Below, in pieces: positions 8,248 to 22,281 of a stretch of DNA of 32,000 nt. The notes beneath the pieces are model-generated. The model worked only from the letters and a program-made list of their open reading frames with translations, searched no databases and was not told where the DNA came from. A program made the position numbers and the translations under genes. Origin of the DNA: Acholeplasma laidlawii PG-8A. Lineage in GTDB: Bacteria > Bacillota_I > Bacilli_A > Acholeplasmatales > Acholeplasmataceae. The stretch covers positions 60,001-92,000 of the forward strand of contig NC_010163.1 in the NCBI RefSeq assembly GCF_000018785.1. Direction: 5' to 3'. The stretch's first letter is position 1. Each line of letters starts with the position of its first letter.

Positions 8248-10203
8248 ATGGATATAAACAAGTTATCTATTGATACGATTCGTTTTTTAGGGATTGACGC
8301 TATTAATAAAGCAAATAGTGGACATCCTGGTATTGTCATTGGTGCTGCACCAATGGCGCATACTCTATTTACAAAACACATCAACATTTATCCAAAGATG
8401 AGTCGCTGGATAAACCGTGACCGCTTTATTCTTTCTGCAGGTCATGGTTCTATGCTACTTTATGCATTAAATCATTTATCGGGTTACAAAGTCTCTATTG
8501 ATGATTTAAAAAACTTTAGAAACTATCCAGGAAATACACCAGGACATCCAGAGTATGGTCATACAGATGGTGTTGAAACAACATCTGGTCCGCTTGGACA
8601 AGGTATTTCTAATGCTGTGGGTATGGCAATTGCTGAAAAGCATTTAGCTGCACGTTTTAATGAACCAAACTTTGATTTAATCAGTCACTATACTTATGTA
8701 TTAGTAGGTGATGGTGACTTACAAGAAGGGGTAGCTTTAGAAGCTATTTCACTTGCGGGACATTTAGGGTTAGGTAAACTTATTGTTTTATATGATTCTA
8801 ATGATATTCAATTAGACGGTGAAACAAATCTAGCAATATCAGAAGATGTTAAAAAGAAGTTTGAAGCACAAAACTGGCACTACACTAAAGTAGAAGACGG
8901 TGAAGATTTAGATCAAATTAACCGCGCTATTTTACGGGCTAAAAAGATCGTTGATAAACCAACCATTATTGAAGTTAAAACAATTATTGGTAGAGGTACA
9001 ACATCAGAAGGTACTTCAAAAGTTCATGGTTCACCTTTAGGGGAAGCTGAACGTGAAAAATTAGCACAAAAATCAGGCTATAACTACAAACCATTTGAAG
9101 TAGACGGTGAAGTATATAGTTTCTATAAGAGCAAAGTATTTAACAAAGGTAAACGTGTCTACAACAAATGGGTTAAGATGTTAGATGCTTATAAAGCACA
9201 ATTCCCAGAAAAACATGATTTATTCAACCAATTCTTAAGTGGAAATATGCAAATAGATTTAAGTAGCCTAGTATATAATGCAGGTTCTAAAGAAGCAACA
9301 CGTAACGTATTAGGTAAAGCTTTAACACTTGCAAGTCATCAAAACTTAAATATTGTTGGTGGATCAGCAGATCTAACTTCATCAACTAAAGCTAAAGGTA
9401 ATGATGGACATTTCAGTAGAGATAATGCTTTAGCAAGAAATATTAACTTTGGTGTTAGAGAACACGCAATGGGTGCTGTAGTTAATGGTATGACACTGCA
9501 TGGTGGTTTAAAATCATTTACAGGTGCATTCTTTGTCTTCTCAGACTATATGAAACCACCAATTCGTTTAGCTGCAATGATGAAAATACCTAGTGTATTT
9601 ATCTTCTCACATGACTCAGTTGCAGTTGGTGAAGACGGTCCAACACATGAACCGATTGAACAACTTATTGGATTACGTAGTATTCCAGATTTAAACGTTA
9701 TTCGTCCAGCGGATGCAAATGAAACAAAAGCAGCAGTTGAGATTGCATTTGAATCTAAAGATACAGCAACAGCGATTATCACTTCTAGACAAAATGTCTT
9801 AAATTTAGAACACACAAGTAAAGAGGGTGTTTTAAAGGGAGCATATATCGTAAGTAAAGAAGAAAACAAATTAGACGGTATCTTATTAGCATCTGGTTCT
9901 GAAGTGGGACTAGCTTATGAAGCAAAACAAATCCTTAAAGAAAAAGGATTAGATATCCGTGTTGTTTCTATGCCATCACATCATGCATTTTTATTGCAAA
10001 ATGAAGACTACAGAAGTAAAATACTTCCGGCAAATGTCAAAACCCTTGCAGTAGAGATGGGATCTAGCTATTCATGGTATAGATTTACACCTCATGTATA
10101 CGGTATTGATACATTTGGACTTTCTGCAAATGCTGATGTGGTATTAAAACATTTCGGCTTTAACAAAGAAAGCATTGCAGAAGCATTTATAAATATTAAA
10201 TAA
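8248..10203 (+). CDS. tkt: Transketolase
   Basis: [99 protein letters not shown]. Confidence 0.97.
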   Translation: MDINKLSIDTIRFLGIDAINKANSGHPGIVIGAAPMAHTLFTKHINIYPKMSRWINRDRFILSAGHGSMLLYALNHLSGYKVSIDDLKNFRNYPGNTPGHPEYGHTDGVETTSGPLGQGISNAVGMAIAEKHLAARFNEPNFDLISHYTYVLVGDGDLQEGVALEAISLAGHLGLGKLIVLYDSNDIQLDGETNLAISEDVKKKFEAQNWHYTKVEDGEDLDQINRAILRAKKIVDKPTIIEVKTIIGRGTTSEGTSKVHGSPLGEAEREKLAQKSGYNYKPFEVDGEVYSFYKSKVFNKGKRVYNKWVKMLDAYKAQFPEKHDLFNQFLSGNMQIDLSSLVYNAGSKEATRNVLGKALTLASHQNLNIVGGSADLTSSTKAKGNDGHFSRDNALARNINFGVREHAMGAVVNGMTLHGGLKSFTGAFFVFSDYMKPPIRLAAMMKIPSVFIFSHDSVAVGEDGPTHEPIEQLIGLRSIPDLNVIRPADANETKAAVEIAFESKDTATAIITSRQNVLNLEHTSKEGVLKGAYIVSKEENKLDGILLASGSEVGLAYEAKQILKEKGLDIRVVSMPSHHAFLLQNEDYRSKILPANVKTLAVEMGSSYSWYRFTPHVYGIDTFGLSANADVVLKHFGFNKESIAEAFINIK

Positions 10204-10224
10204 AAGTTTTAAAGGAAGATATAT

Positions 10225-12078
10225 ATGATTTATGATGGCATTATTGTAGGTGCTGGACACGCCGGTGTCGAAGCTGCACTTGCTATGGCAAAAATGAAAC
10301 TTAATACTTTACTCATTACAGGCGATCTAACAAAGGTTGCTACTTTGCCATGTAATCCATCAATTGGTGGACCTGCTAAAGGTATTGTAGTTAGAGAAAT
10401 TGACGCACTTGGCGGTCAAATGGCAAAGTCAGCAGACTTAAGTCAAATTCAAATGAAGATGTTAAATCCTTCAAAAGGTCCAGCAGTTCGTGCACTACGC
10501 GCTCAAATTGATAAATTAAAATATCCTAAAGTGATGTTAGATGTGTTACAAAACACACCGAATCTAACTTTACTTCAAGGATTTGTTGACACATTAATTG
10601 TTGAAGACAATACCGTTAAAGGTGTAAACCTAGAAGATGGTAGTCAAGTATTTGCCCAAACTGTAATTATTACAACAGGTACATATTTAGGTTCTCAAAT
10701 TTTAATTGGTCACGAAAAAACATCAAGTGGTCCAAATGGTGAACGTACAACACGTGGTATTTCTAATCAACTTAAAAACTTAGGTTTTGAAATGCTTAGA
10801 CTAAAAACGGGTACACCACCAAGAATTGCTAGAGATTCTATCGACTATTCTAAAACTGTACCACAACCAGGTGATGGTGTTTTCCAAACATTTTCACATG
10901 ATTCACCAATCACTGACTTAGGTCACCAAGAATTTAGCTACTTAATCCACACATCACCAGATACTAAAGATATTATATTTAATAACTTAGATGCATCAGC
11001 AATGTATGGTGGTGTTGTAGAAGGTGTTGGTCCAAGATACTGTCCATCTATTGAAGACAAATTTGTTAGATTTAAAGATAAAGACAGACATCAAATCTTT
11101 ATTGAACCAGAATCCATGGATTTAAATGAAATGTATATCCAAGGATTATCCACATCGATGCCAAAACATATTCAAGAGCAAATGGTAAGATCTTTACCTG
11201 GTATGGAAAACGCACGTATTGTGCGTTATGCATACGCAATCGAATATGATGCAATTAATCCAAGACAACTCTATCAATCCTTAGAGACTAAAGTCATCCA
11301 TAATCTATTTTGTGCTGGTCAAATTAACGGTACATCAGGTTATGAAGAAGCTGCTGGTCAAGGTTTAATGGCAGGTATTAATGCAGGATTAAAAGTACAG
11401 GGTAAAAAACCACTCGTATTAAAAAGAGATGAAGCATATATTGGTGTATTAATTGACGACCTTATTACTAAGGGAACTAGTGAACCATATAGACTTTTAA
11501 CCTCACGTGCAGAACATAGACTGTTATTAAGAAACGATAATGCCGATATAAGATTAAGAGATTATGGCTATCAAATCGGTTTAGTCGATGATGCAACGTA
11601 TGAAAGATTCGAACATAAGAAAATAGCATTAAAAGAAATGATTGAAAGAGCAAAATCAACAAAGATTAACCCAACTGAGGAAAATCTAAACTATTTAGCT
11701 TCGGTAAATTCAAGCCCGATTTATGAAGGCGTTACAGTCTTTAAATTACTTGAAAGACCTGAACTTAAGATAGAAACCCTTAAACATTTTTTACCATCAG
11801 ACTATAATCATGAAATCTATGAACAATTAGAAATATATATTAAGTATGATGGATATATTGAAAAAGCTAGAAGAGAAGCGGATAAATTATTACGCTATGA
11901 ATCTAGATTTATTCCAAACGATATTAATTATCATAGTATTCACAACATATCTGCAGAAGCTAAAGAAAAATTAAGTAAGATTAAACCAGAAACATTAGGT
12001 CAAGCAACTAGAATCCTAGGTGTTGGACCAACGGATGTATCCATGTTACTCGTTTATCTAGAAGCCAAGAATGCTTAA
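10225..12078 (+). CDS. mnmG: tRNA uridine-5-carboxymethylaminomethyl modification enzyme MnmG/GidA
   Basis: [19 protein letters not shown] motif, [44 protein letters not shown]. Confidence 0.98.
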   Translation: MIYDGIIVGAGHAGVEAALAMAKMKLNTLLITGDLTKVATLPCNPSIGGPAKGIVVREIDALGGQMAKSADLSQIQMKMLNPSKGPAVRALRAQIDKLKYPKVMLDVLQNTPNLTLLQGFVDTLIVEDNTVKGVNLEDGSQVFAQTVIITTGTYLGSQILIGHEKTSSGPNGERTTRGISNQLKNLGFEMLRLKTGTPPRIARDSIDYSKTVPQPGDGVFQTFSHDSPITDLGHQEFSYLIHTSPDTKDIIFNNLDASAMYGGVVEGVGPRYCPSIEDKFVRFKDKDRHQIFIEPESMDLNEMYIQGLSTSMPKHIQEQMVRSLPGMENARIVRYAYAIEYDAINPRQLYQSLETKVIHNLFCAGQINGTSGYEEAAGQGLMAGINAGLKVQGKKPLVLKRDEAYIGVLIDDLITKGTSEPYRLLTSRAEHRLLLRNDNADIRLRDYGYQIGLVDDATYERFEHKKIALKEMIERAKSTKINPTEENLNYLASVNSSPIYEGVTVFKLLERPELKIETLKHFLPSDYNHEIYEQLEIYIKYDGYIEKARREADKLLRYESRFIPNDINYHSIHNISAEAKEKLSKIKPETLGQATRILGVGPTDVSMLLVYLEAKNA

Positions 12079-12763
12079 TACATACATTACAAATATATTA
12101 GGCATCAAGTTAACCGAACAACAAAACGGGCAATTTGATGCCTATTATAACTTATTAGTAGCATATAATAAGCATACGAATTTAACACGTATTACTTCAA
12201 GAGATGATGCAGACATCAAACACTTTTTAGATTCCGTACTGATAAGTAAGTTAGTAGATTTAAATAAAGTTGTGACATTATGTGATATGGGTGCAGGTGC
12301 TGGGTTTCCATCGATACCTTTATTAATTGTTTTTCCTAATATTCAAGTGACTATTGTAGAGTCACAAATTAAACGTGTGCAGTTTTTACAAGAACTCAAA
12401 CAAGCGCTTGGCTTAGAGTTTAATATCGTTCACGATCGTGCTGAAAACTTTAGCAGTAAAAATTATCAACAATTTGATATAGTAACCGCAAGAGCATTAG
12501 GTGAGTTAAGACTGATTTTAGAGTTTGGTGTACCAATGCTAAAAGTGGGTGGACATTTCATTGCACCTAAGGGAAGTAAGTTTGAAGAAGAACTTACATC
12601 AGCAGCACACGCAATTAAGGTATTAAATGTCGAATTAATCACACAAGACTTATTTGAACTTCCTTTAGAATCAGGGTTTAGAGCAAACCTATTATTTAGA
12701 AAAGAAAAACACGTATCTGGATATCCTAGACCGTTTCCAATCATAAAGAAAAAACCACTGTAA
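12071..12763 (+). CDS. rsmG: 16S rRNA (guanine527-N7)-methyltransferase RsmG/GidB
   Basis: [30 protein letters not shown]; 8 nt overlap with mnmG. Confidence 0.96.
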   Translation: MLNTYITNILGIKLTEQQNGQFDAYYNLLVAYNKHTNLTRITSRDDADIKHFLDSVLISKLVDLNKVVTLCDMGAGAGFPSIPLLIVFPNIQVTIVESQIKRVQFLQELKQALGLEFNIVHDRAENFSSKNYQQFDIVTARALGELRLILEFGVPMLKVGGHFIAPKGSKFEEELTSAAHAIKVLNVELITQDLFELPLESGFRANLLFRKEKHVSGYPRPFPIIKKKPL

Positions 12764-12774
12764 GGATTGATTAT

Positions 12775-12945
12775 ATGAGCAAGTATACAATCGGACAAAT
12801 CGTAAAAACAAAAAAACAACATGTATGTGGATCCAAAGAATGGATAGTTTTAAGAGTTGGTGTAGATATGAAGCTCGAATGTAAGGGTTGTGGTAGACAA
12901 ATCATGATGTTACAATTCGAACTTGATAAGCGATTAGTAAAATAA
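12775..12945 (+). CDS. DUF951-like small protein (56 aa), absent from the ORF track
   Basis: Own translation: MSKYTIGQIVKTKKQHVCGSKEWIVLRVGVDMKLECKGCGRQIMMLQFELDKRLVK*. Follows rsmG by 11 nt with SD-like aagga. Confidence 0.85.
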   Translation: MSKYTIGQIVKTKKQHVCGSKEWIVLRVGVDMKLECKGCGRQIMMLQFELDKRLVK

Positions 12946-13227
12946 ATCAGGTAAATTTTTACTCTAAGAATGGCTTTATAGATTCAAGTAATGGCTATAA
13001 ATAGGTAAAAAAAACATAAATCATAAATTTATTCATTTTTTGTTTGACTTATGATTTGAAATGTCGTATCATGGTATTTGGCTTTTCCAGGGATTTATAT
13101 AAATTGCGCCTATATATATTTATATATATGACGTAAAATATCTAAACTTTAGATTATTCGCCAAAAGATAATAAAATGGTTGCAATTTGACTTAAGTTAA
13201 GTTAGAATAATAAGGCAATCAAAAAAC

Positions 13228-13311
13228 GGAGGGGTAGCGAAGTGGCTAAACGCGGCAGACTGTAAATCTGTTCCTAACGGTTCGGCAGTTCGAATCTGCC
13301 CCCCTCCACCA
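13228..13311 (+). tRNA. tRNA-Tyr (GTA)
   Basis: GGAGGGG/CCCCTCC acceptor, loop CTGTAAA, long variable arm, encoded CCA. Confidence 0.93.
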
Positions 13312-13361
13312 TTCTAATTTATAAGTTTATAACGGCCTTGTGCATTTGTTGAAAAAAGTTG

Positions 13362-13390
13362 TTGACAAGGTTATTTTATAATGATAGAAT
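13362..13390 (+). promoter_or_regulatory. Predicted rRNA operon promoter
   Basis: TTGACA (13362-13367), 17 nt spacer, TAGAAT (13385-13390), about 108 nt upstream of 16S. Confidence 0.65.
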
Positions 13391-13497
13391 GATTAAGCGC
13401 TCGAACAAAGAGACGCAAAATTGAGTCTTTGAAAACTGAATGATGATGAACAAGAGAAAACAAAAATAAGAGCTAAAATCAAAACAAAACATAAATT

Positions 13498-15003
<1,506 letters not shown>

Positions 15004-15170
15004 AGGAGAAAGGCTAACTAACACTTAGCACAAGATGACTACTAGTAAGTAGTAATATTCTCTAAATTTGTTCATCATATTCAGTTTTGAAAGACTTAAA
15101 GTAATTTAAGTGTTTCAAGAAGTAAAGAAAGTCTTTGAAAAGTAGATAAATGATGTCTGAAAAGAAATAA

Positions 15171-18022
<2,852 letters not shown>

Positions 18023-18086
18023 CGTGATGATTCGCATCACATTCTTTTCAGAGAAAATCATTTATCTAGTTTTGAGAGCATTATGT

Positions 18087-18198
<112 letters not shown>

Positions 18199-18225
18199 TA
18201 TCATCTCAATTTTATACCATTTTTT

Positions 18226-18301
18226 GGAGGATTAGCTCAGTTGGGAGAGCACCTGCCTTACAAGCAGGGGGTCGGCGGTTCAAGCCCGTCATCCTCCACC
18301 A
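18226..18301 (+). tRNA. tRNA-Val (TAC)
   Basis: Cloverleaf with loop CTTACAA, encoded CCA. Confidence 0.94.
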
Positions 18302-18309
18302 CTTTACAA

Positions 18310-18385
18310 GCCGAAATAGCTCAATCGGTAGAGCAACTGATTTGTAATCAGTAGGTTGCGGGTTCAATTCCTGTTTTCGGCACCA
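18310..18385 (+). tRNA. tRNA-Thr (TGT)
   Basis: Anticodon loop TTTGTAA, GCCGAAA/TTTCGGC acceptor, CCA. Confidence 0.93.
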
Positions 18386-18392
18386 CTACAAT

Positions 18393-18468
18393 GTCCCGTT
18401 AGCTCAGGTGGTAGAGCACTTGACTTTTAATCAAGGTGTCGATGGTTCGAGTCCATCACGGGACACCA
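18393..18468 (+). tRNA. tRNA-Lys (TTT)
   Basis: Anticodon loop CTTTTAA, GTCCCGT/ACGGGAC acceptor, CCA. Confidence 0.94.
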
Positions 18469-18483
18469 CTTTTATAATTTAAT

Positions 18484-18570
18484 GCCCGGGTGGTGAAATC
18501 GGTAGACACGCAGGACTTAAAATCCTGTGGCATAAAAGCCATGTCGGTTCAAGTCCGACCCCGGGCACCA
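18484..18570 (+). tRNA. tRNA-Leu (TAA)
   Basis: Anticodon loop CTTAAAA, long variable arm, GCCCGGG/CCCGGGC acceptor. Confidence 0.94.
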
Positions 18571-18592
18571 CTAAAAAATTAATTAAATTGTT

Positions 18593-18668
18593 GGGGCTTT
18601 AGCTCAGCTGGGAGAGCGCCTGCCTTGCACGCAGGAGGTCAGCGGTTCGATCCCGCTAAGCTCCACCA
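18593..18668 (+). tRNA. tRNA-Ala (TGC)
   Basis: Anticodon loop CTTGCAC; acceptor GGGGCTT/AAGCTCC keeps the G3:U70 identity pair. Confidence 0.95.
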
Positions 18669-18713
18669 GTTTACGATTTTAATCAAGTATCAAAAAGTTT
18701 CTAACCAATATAT

Positions 18714-18790
18714 GGCGGTGTAGCTCAGCTGGCTAGAGCGTGCGGTTCATACCCGCAAGGTCGAGGGTTCAAGTCCCCCCGCCGCTACCA
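18714..18790 (+). tRNA. tRNA-Met elongator (CAT)
   Basis: GGCGGTGTAGCTCAGCTGGCTAGAGCGTGCGGTTCATACCCGCA...GCCGCTACCA; resembles Firmicute elongator tRNA-Met. Confidence 0.88.
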
Positions 18791-18794
18791 GTAC

Positions 18795-18871
18795 GGACCC
18801 GTAGCTCAGTTGGTTAGAGCTACCGGCTCATAACCGGTCGGTCGTTGGTTCGAGTCCAACCGGGTCCACCA
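18795..18871 (+). tRNA. tRNA-Ile2 (CAT, expected lysidine-modified)
   Basis: GGACCCG...GGCTCATAACC...CGGGTCCACCA, similar to Firmicute tRNA-Ile(CAU). Confidence 0.8.
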
Positions 18872-18893
18872 GTATTAACTTTTAAATAAACGT

Positions 18894-18982
18894 GGAGGAA
18901 TACCCAAGAGGCTGAAGGGATCGGTCTTGAAAACCGACAGGGTGTAAAAGCCGCGGGGGTTCAAATCCCTCTTCCTCCGCCA
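18894..18982 (+). tRNA. tRNA-Ser (TGA)
   Basis: Anticodon loop CTTGAAA, long variable arm, GGAGGAA/TTCCTCC acceptor. Confidence 0.94.
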
Positions 18983-19022
18983 CTACAATTTTAAAACCAG
19001 TTATGGTATAATAACAACATAT

Positions 19023-19099
<77 letters not shown>

Positions 19100-19114
19100 A
19101 ATAAAATTTAAAAC

Positions 19115-19190
19115 GGTCCGGTGGTGTAGGGGTTAACATGCCTGCCTGTCACGCAGGAGATCGCGGGTTCAAATCCCGTCCGGACCGCCA
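19115..19190 (+). tRNA. tRNA-Asp (GTC)
   Basis: Anticodon loop CTGTCAC, GGTCCGG/CCGGACC acceptor. Confidence 0.94.
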
Positions 19191-19197
19191 TTTTAGT

Positions 19198-19273
19198 GGC
19201 TCTGTAGCTCAGTCGGTAGAGCAGTGGCCTGAAGAGCCTCGTGTCAGCGGTTCGATTCCGCTTGGAGCCACCA
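19198..19273 (+). tRNA. tRNA-Phe (GAA)
   Basis: Anticodon loop CTGAAGA; GGCTCTG/TGGAGCC acceptor; CCA encoded. Confidence 0.88.
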
Positions 19274-19288
19274 CTTATGAACTTAGTA

Positions 19289-19314
19289 AAGTCTGTTAAA
19301 TACAGGCTTTTTTT
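19289..19314 (+). terminator. Terminator of rRNA/tRNA operon
   Basis: AAGTCTGT-TAAAT-ACAGGCTT followed by T-tract. Confidence 0.8.
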
Positions 19315-19367
19315 ATTGTTTAAGTATAGAGTTTTGGTATAATAGGTTTAAAATAAAGGGGAAAGTT

Positions 19368-19730
19368 ATGAAAATATTAGGAAATATTATTTGGTTCATC
19401 TTTGGTGGCTTGTTTGCAGGACTCGCTTGGTTCATTTTAGGTATACTTTTATGTATTACCATTATTGGTATTCCAATTGGATTACAGTTTTTCAAGTTTG
19501 CACAATTGGTTATCTGGCCATTTGGTAATGATGTGAACATAGATTTTAATAAACATCCAATTCTAAATATCTTATGGATCATCTTCTTAGGATGGGAAAC
19601 AGCACTAGGTTACATCTTTATAGGTGCAATATTTTGTATGACTATCATTGGTATCCCTTTTGGGTTACAATGGTTTAAACTATCTAAATTAGCACTCATT
19701 CCATTTGGTGCAACGATAAAGTCTACTTAA
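19368..19730 (+). CDS. YccF-domain inner membrane protein
   Basis: Repeated TM units ending in TIIGIPIGLQFFKFA and TIIGIPFGLQWFKLS, typical of YccF. Confidence 0.85.
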   Translation: MKILGNIIWFIFGGLFAGLAWFILGILLCITIIGIPIGLQFFKFAQLVIWPFGNDVNIDFNKHPILNILWIIFLGWETALGYIFIGAIFCMTIIGIPFGLQWFKLSKLALIPFGATIKST

Positions 19731-19747
19731 AGGTAGGCTTTTTATTT
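19719..19747 (+). terminator. Terminator overlapping the 3' end of the yccF-like gene
   Basis: AAGTCTAC-TTAAAG-GTAGGCTT then TTTATTT. Confidence 0.6.
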
Positions 19748-19872
19748 GGTAAATTCTGGGTTTGGGTGTAATGTCTATCGTTATTTGATATACTAATGTA
19801 TAGACAATATATATGAAATATATACTCCATATTAAAAATATAATAACTATAATTAAAAAGAAGAGGTATGAG

Positions 19873-20727
19873 ATGAATATAGGATTAATAGGAACAGGCA
19901 TCATGGGAAGTCCAATTGTAAGACATCTTGCTGAAGGTGGTCATACATTAACGGTATACAATAGGACAAAAGAAAAAGCAGAAAAACTTTCAGATGTTGC
20001 TTATGTTGCATCAACGATAGAAGAACTAACGCAAAAATCAGACATTATATTTATGATTGTTGGTTATCCAAAAGATGTAGAAACTGTAGCACTTGAAATA
20101 TTTAAAACAGCTAAACTAAATACAATCATTGTAGATATGACAACATCATCACCATCACTTGCAGCATACTTATATGATATGGCTAAAGAAAAAGGCCTAC
20201 ACATGATGGATGCACCTGTAACTGGTGGAGAAGTTGGTGCTATAGCAGGTACACTATCTATTATGGTAGGTGGCGATGAAACAAACTTTGACATCATCAG
20301 CCCTTTACTAGAAACCTTTGGTAAAACAATCCAGTATATGGGCAAAGCTGGTAATGGACAACGCACCAAGTTAGCAAATCAAATCGCAATAGCAGGTGCA
20401 CTTGCAGGTACAGTAGAGAGTTTATATTATGCAAACTCACTGAATCTAGATCTTACAAAAGCATTTGAAATCTTTATGGGTGGTAGTGCATCAAGTACTC
20501 AGATGAAGACCAACGGTCTACATATGATTAATAAGTACTATGAACCAGGATTTTACATTAAACATTTCTTAAAGGACTTAAATTTAGCGATCGAATCAAG
20601 CGTTAAACATTTAGAAGTTACAGTTAAAGTACGAGATATGCTAGAAGTATTAGTAGATAATCACCATGAAAATAAAGGTACCCAGGCACTCATACTATAT
20701 TACCTAGATAATTTGGCGATTTTATAA
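19873..20727 (+). CDS. NAD(P)-dependent 3-hydroxyacid/beta-hydroxyisobutyrate dehydrogenase family protein
   Basis: MNIGLIGTGIMGSPIVRHLAEGG, DAPVTGGEVGAIAGTLSIMVGG, GNGQRTKLANQI. Start moved from the track's 19813 to ATG 19873, preceded by AAGAGG. Confidence 0.88.
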   Translation: MNIGLIGTGIMGSPIVRHLAEGGHTLTVYNRTKEKAEKLSDVAYVASTIEELTQKSDIIFMIVGYPKDVETVALEIFKTAKLNTIIVDMTTSSPSLAAYLYDMAKEKGLHMMDAPVTGGEVGAIAGTLSIMVGGDETNFDIISPLLETFGKTIQYMGKAGNGQRTKLANQIAIAGALAGTVESLYYANSLNLDLTKAFEIFMGGSASSTQMKTNGLHMINKYYEPGFYIKHFLKDLNLAIESSVKHLEVTVKVRDMLEVLVDNHHENKGTQALILYYLDNLAIL

Positions 20728-20835
20728 CAATATTCGCTTGATTATTCATTTAATAGTATGAATTTTCATAATTATGTGATACACTTAATCTATAAAATAT
20801 ATTTTGATACTCAAAGTATTTTAAGGGAGAAAATT

Positions 20836-21684
20836 ATGAAAAAAATAGCAGTCGCAGTATTATCTACATCTGGAATGGATTATCTAAAAGAAAAAGATCA
20901 AACAGAAATTATAAGACTTACCGTATTCTTTGATGGAAAAGAATATGTAGACCATACAGAAATTAAATCTGATGAGTTCTATACAATGATGGTGGATAAA
21001 CCAAACGCAGATATTCATACATCACAAGTATCAACCGGTAAATTCCAAGAAGTATATGAAAAAATTAGAGACAAGGGTTATTCAGACCTGATTGTTGTAT
21101 CTATTTCATCGAAGTTAAGTGGTACTTATCAAGGTGCTTTACTTGCTCGTGATTTGGTAGAAGGTCTAAATGTTGAAGTGATTGACTCAAAAAGTGTTTC
21201 ATTTGGAGAGTTTGTATTAGCTAGAAAAGCACTTGAACTGATTAAACAAGGTAAGAATGTAACTGAAATTGTATCTAGTTTAAATGATTTAAGATCAAAA
21301 GTTAAGATTTATGTTTTAGTAGATACACTTAAGTATCTAGTAAAAAATGGAAGATTATCTGCAGCAGCAGGTTTAATTGGAACATTACTAAAGATCAAAC
21401 CACTTCTAAAAATTATGGAAGACGGTTCACTTAAACCTTTTGAAAAAATTAGAACAACTACTAAAGCTCAAAAAAGAGTATTAGAAATCATCTTAGAAGA
21501 AACTAAAGACAAAGATGTTGAGTATTATATAGCTTATACAACTAATTTAAGTAAAGCCGAAGAATTAAAAGAAGAATTAGTTGCTGCAAAACCAAATGCA
21601 ACAGTGACAATCATTCCACTTACACCAGTTGTAGGTGCACATGCTGGACCTGGTACTATTGGTCTGGGCTATTTTGAAATTTAA
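20836..21684 (+). CDS. DegV family fatty acid-binding protein
   Basis: DIHTSQVSTGKFQEVYEKI, VVSISSKLSGTYQGALLA, VEVIDSKSVSFGEF, HAGPGTIGLGYF. Start at ATG 20836 with SD ggga. Confidence 0.93.
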   Translation: MKKIAVAVLSTSGMDYLKEKDQTEIIRLTVFFDGKEYVDHTEIKSDEFYTMMVDKPNADIHTSQVSTGKFQEVYEKIRDKGYSDLIVVSISSKLSGTYQGALLARDLVEGLNVEVIDSKSVSFGEFVLARKALELIKQGKNVTEIVSSLNDLRSKVKIYVLVDTLKYLVKNGRLSAAAGLIGTLLKIKPLLKIMEDGSLKPFEKIRTTTKAQKRVLEIILEETKDKDVEYYIAYTTNLSKAEELKEELVAAKPNATVTIIPLTPVVGAHAGPGTIGLGYFEI

Positions 21685-21695
21685 GGAGCGTATAA

Positions 21696-22133
21696 ATGCC
21701 ATCTGCAAAGGAAATTATTAATACATTACTTGTTGACGTATTCAACCACATCTTAAGAATTGAAGAAGAAAAACTTAAAGAAAATAATGTTAAGTTATCA
21801 ATGACTGAAGTACACGTACTTGAAGCAATTAGAAATACCGAGATTCCGACCATGGGTGAGGTTGCTAAAAGATTGCGTGTCACATTAGGTACTTTAACAA
21901 CTTCCATTAATATTTTAGTTAGAAAAAAGATGGTATACAGATATTCCGATGATAAAGACAGACGTAAAGTATACTTAAAATTAACAGATGATGCACTTAA
22001 AGTTCTAACAATTCATGATAACTTTCATGAGGATATGATTACCTCATTATTTCATGACACAGACATAGAAAATGATGAAGTATTATTGAAATCATTGGAA
22101 AATATTACAACTTATTTCAAGTCAAAATATTAA
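21696..22133 (+). CDS. MarR family transcriptional regulator (possibly FabT-like)
   Basis: wHTH LSMTEVHVLEAI...TMGEVAKRLRVTLGTLTTSINILVRKKMVYRYSDDKDRRKVYLKLT. Confidence 0.85.
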   Translation: MPSAKEIINTLLVDVFNHILRIEEEKLKENNVKLSMTEVHVLEAIRNTEIPTMGEVAKRLRVTLGTLTTSINILVRKKMVYRYSDDKDRRKVYLKLTDDALKVLTIHDNFHEDMITSLFHDTDIENDEVLLKSLENITTYFKSKY

Positions 22134-22166
22134 TTTGAAAAAACTATATGAATAGTCCCACAAAGC

Positions 22167-22199
22167 GAAGTTAGATATCAAAGATCTAACTTCTTTTTT
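22167..22199 (+). terminator. Terminator after the MarR gene
   Basis: GAAGTTAGAT-ATCAAAG-ATCTAACTTC + TTTTTT. Confidence 0.88.
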
Positions 22200-22281
22200 G
22201 TAATATAGACAGTTTTTAGTATAATGATATGTAGTTTTTTTTGCAAAAAAACTATAGAAACTTTGTATAAGGGAGTACGCA

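Noticed and set aside
1130-12822. Antisense ORFs opposite rnf, tdk, tkt, mnmG and rsmG genes (for example 5301-5741 -, 6730-7068 -, 9546-9869 -, 12466-12822 -)
   Set aside because: Each lies opposite a strongly supported gene, has low-complexity or biased composition, and has no recognised motif.
13362-13382. TATAAT at 13377-13382 as the rRNA -10 box
   Set aside because: Only 9 nt from TTGACA; TAGAAT at 13385-13390 gives a 17-nt spacer and is preferred.
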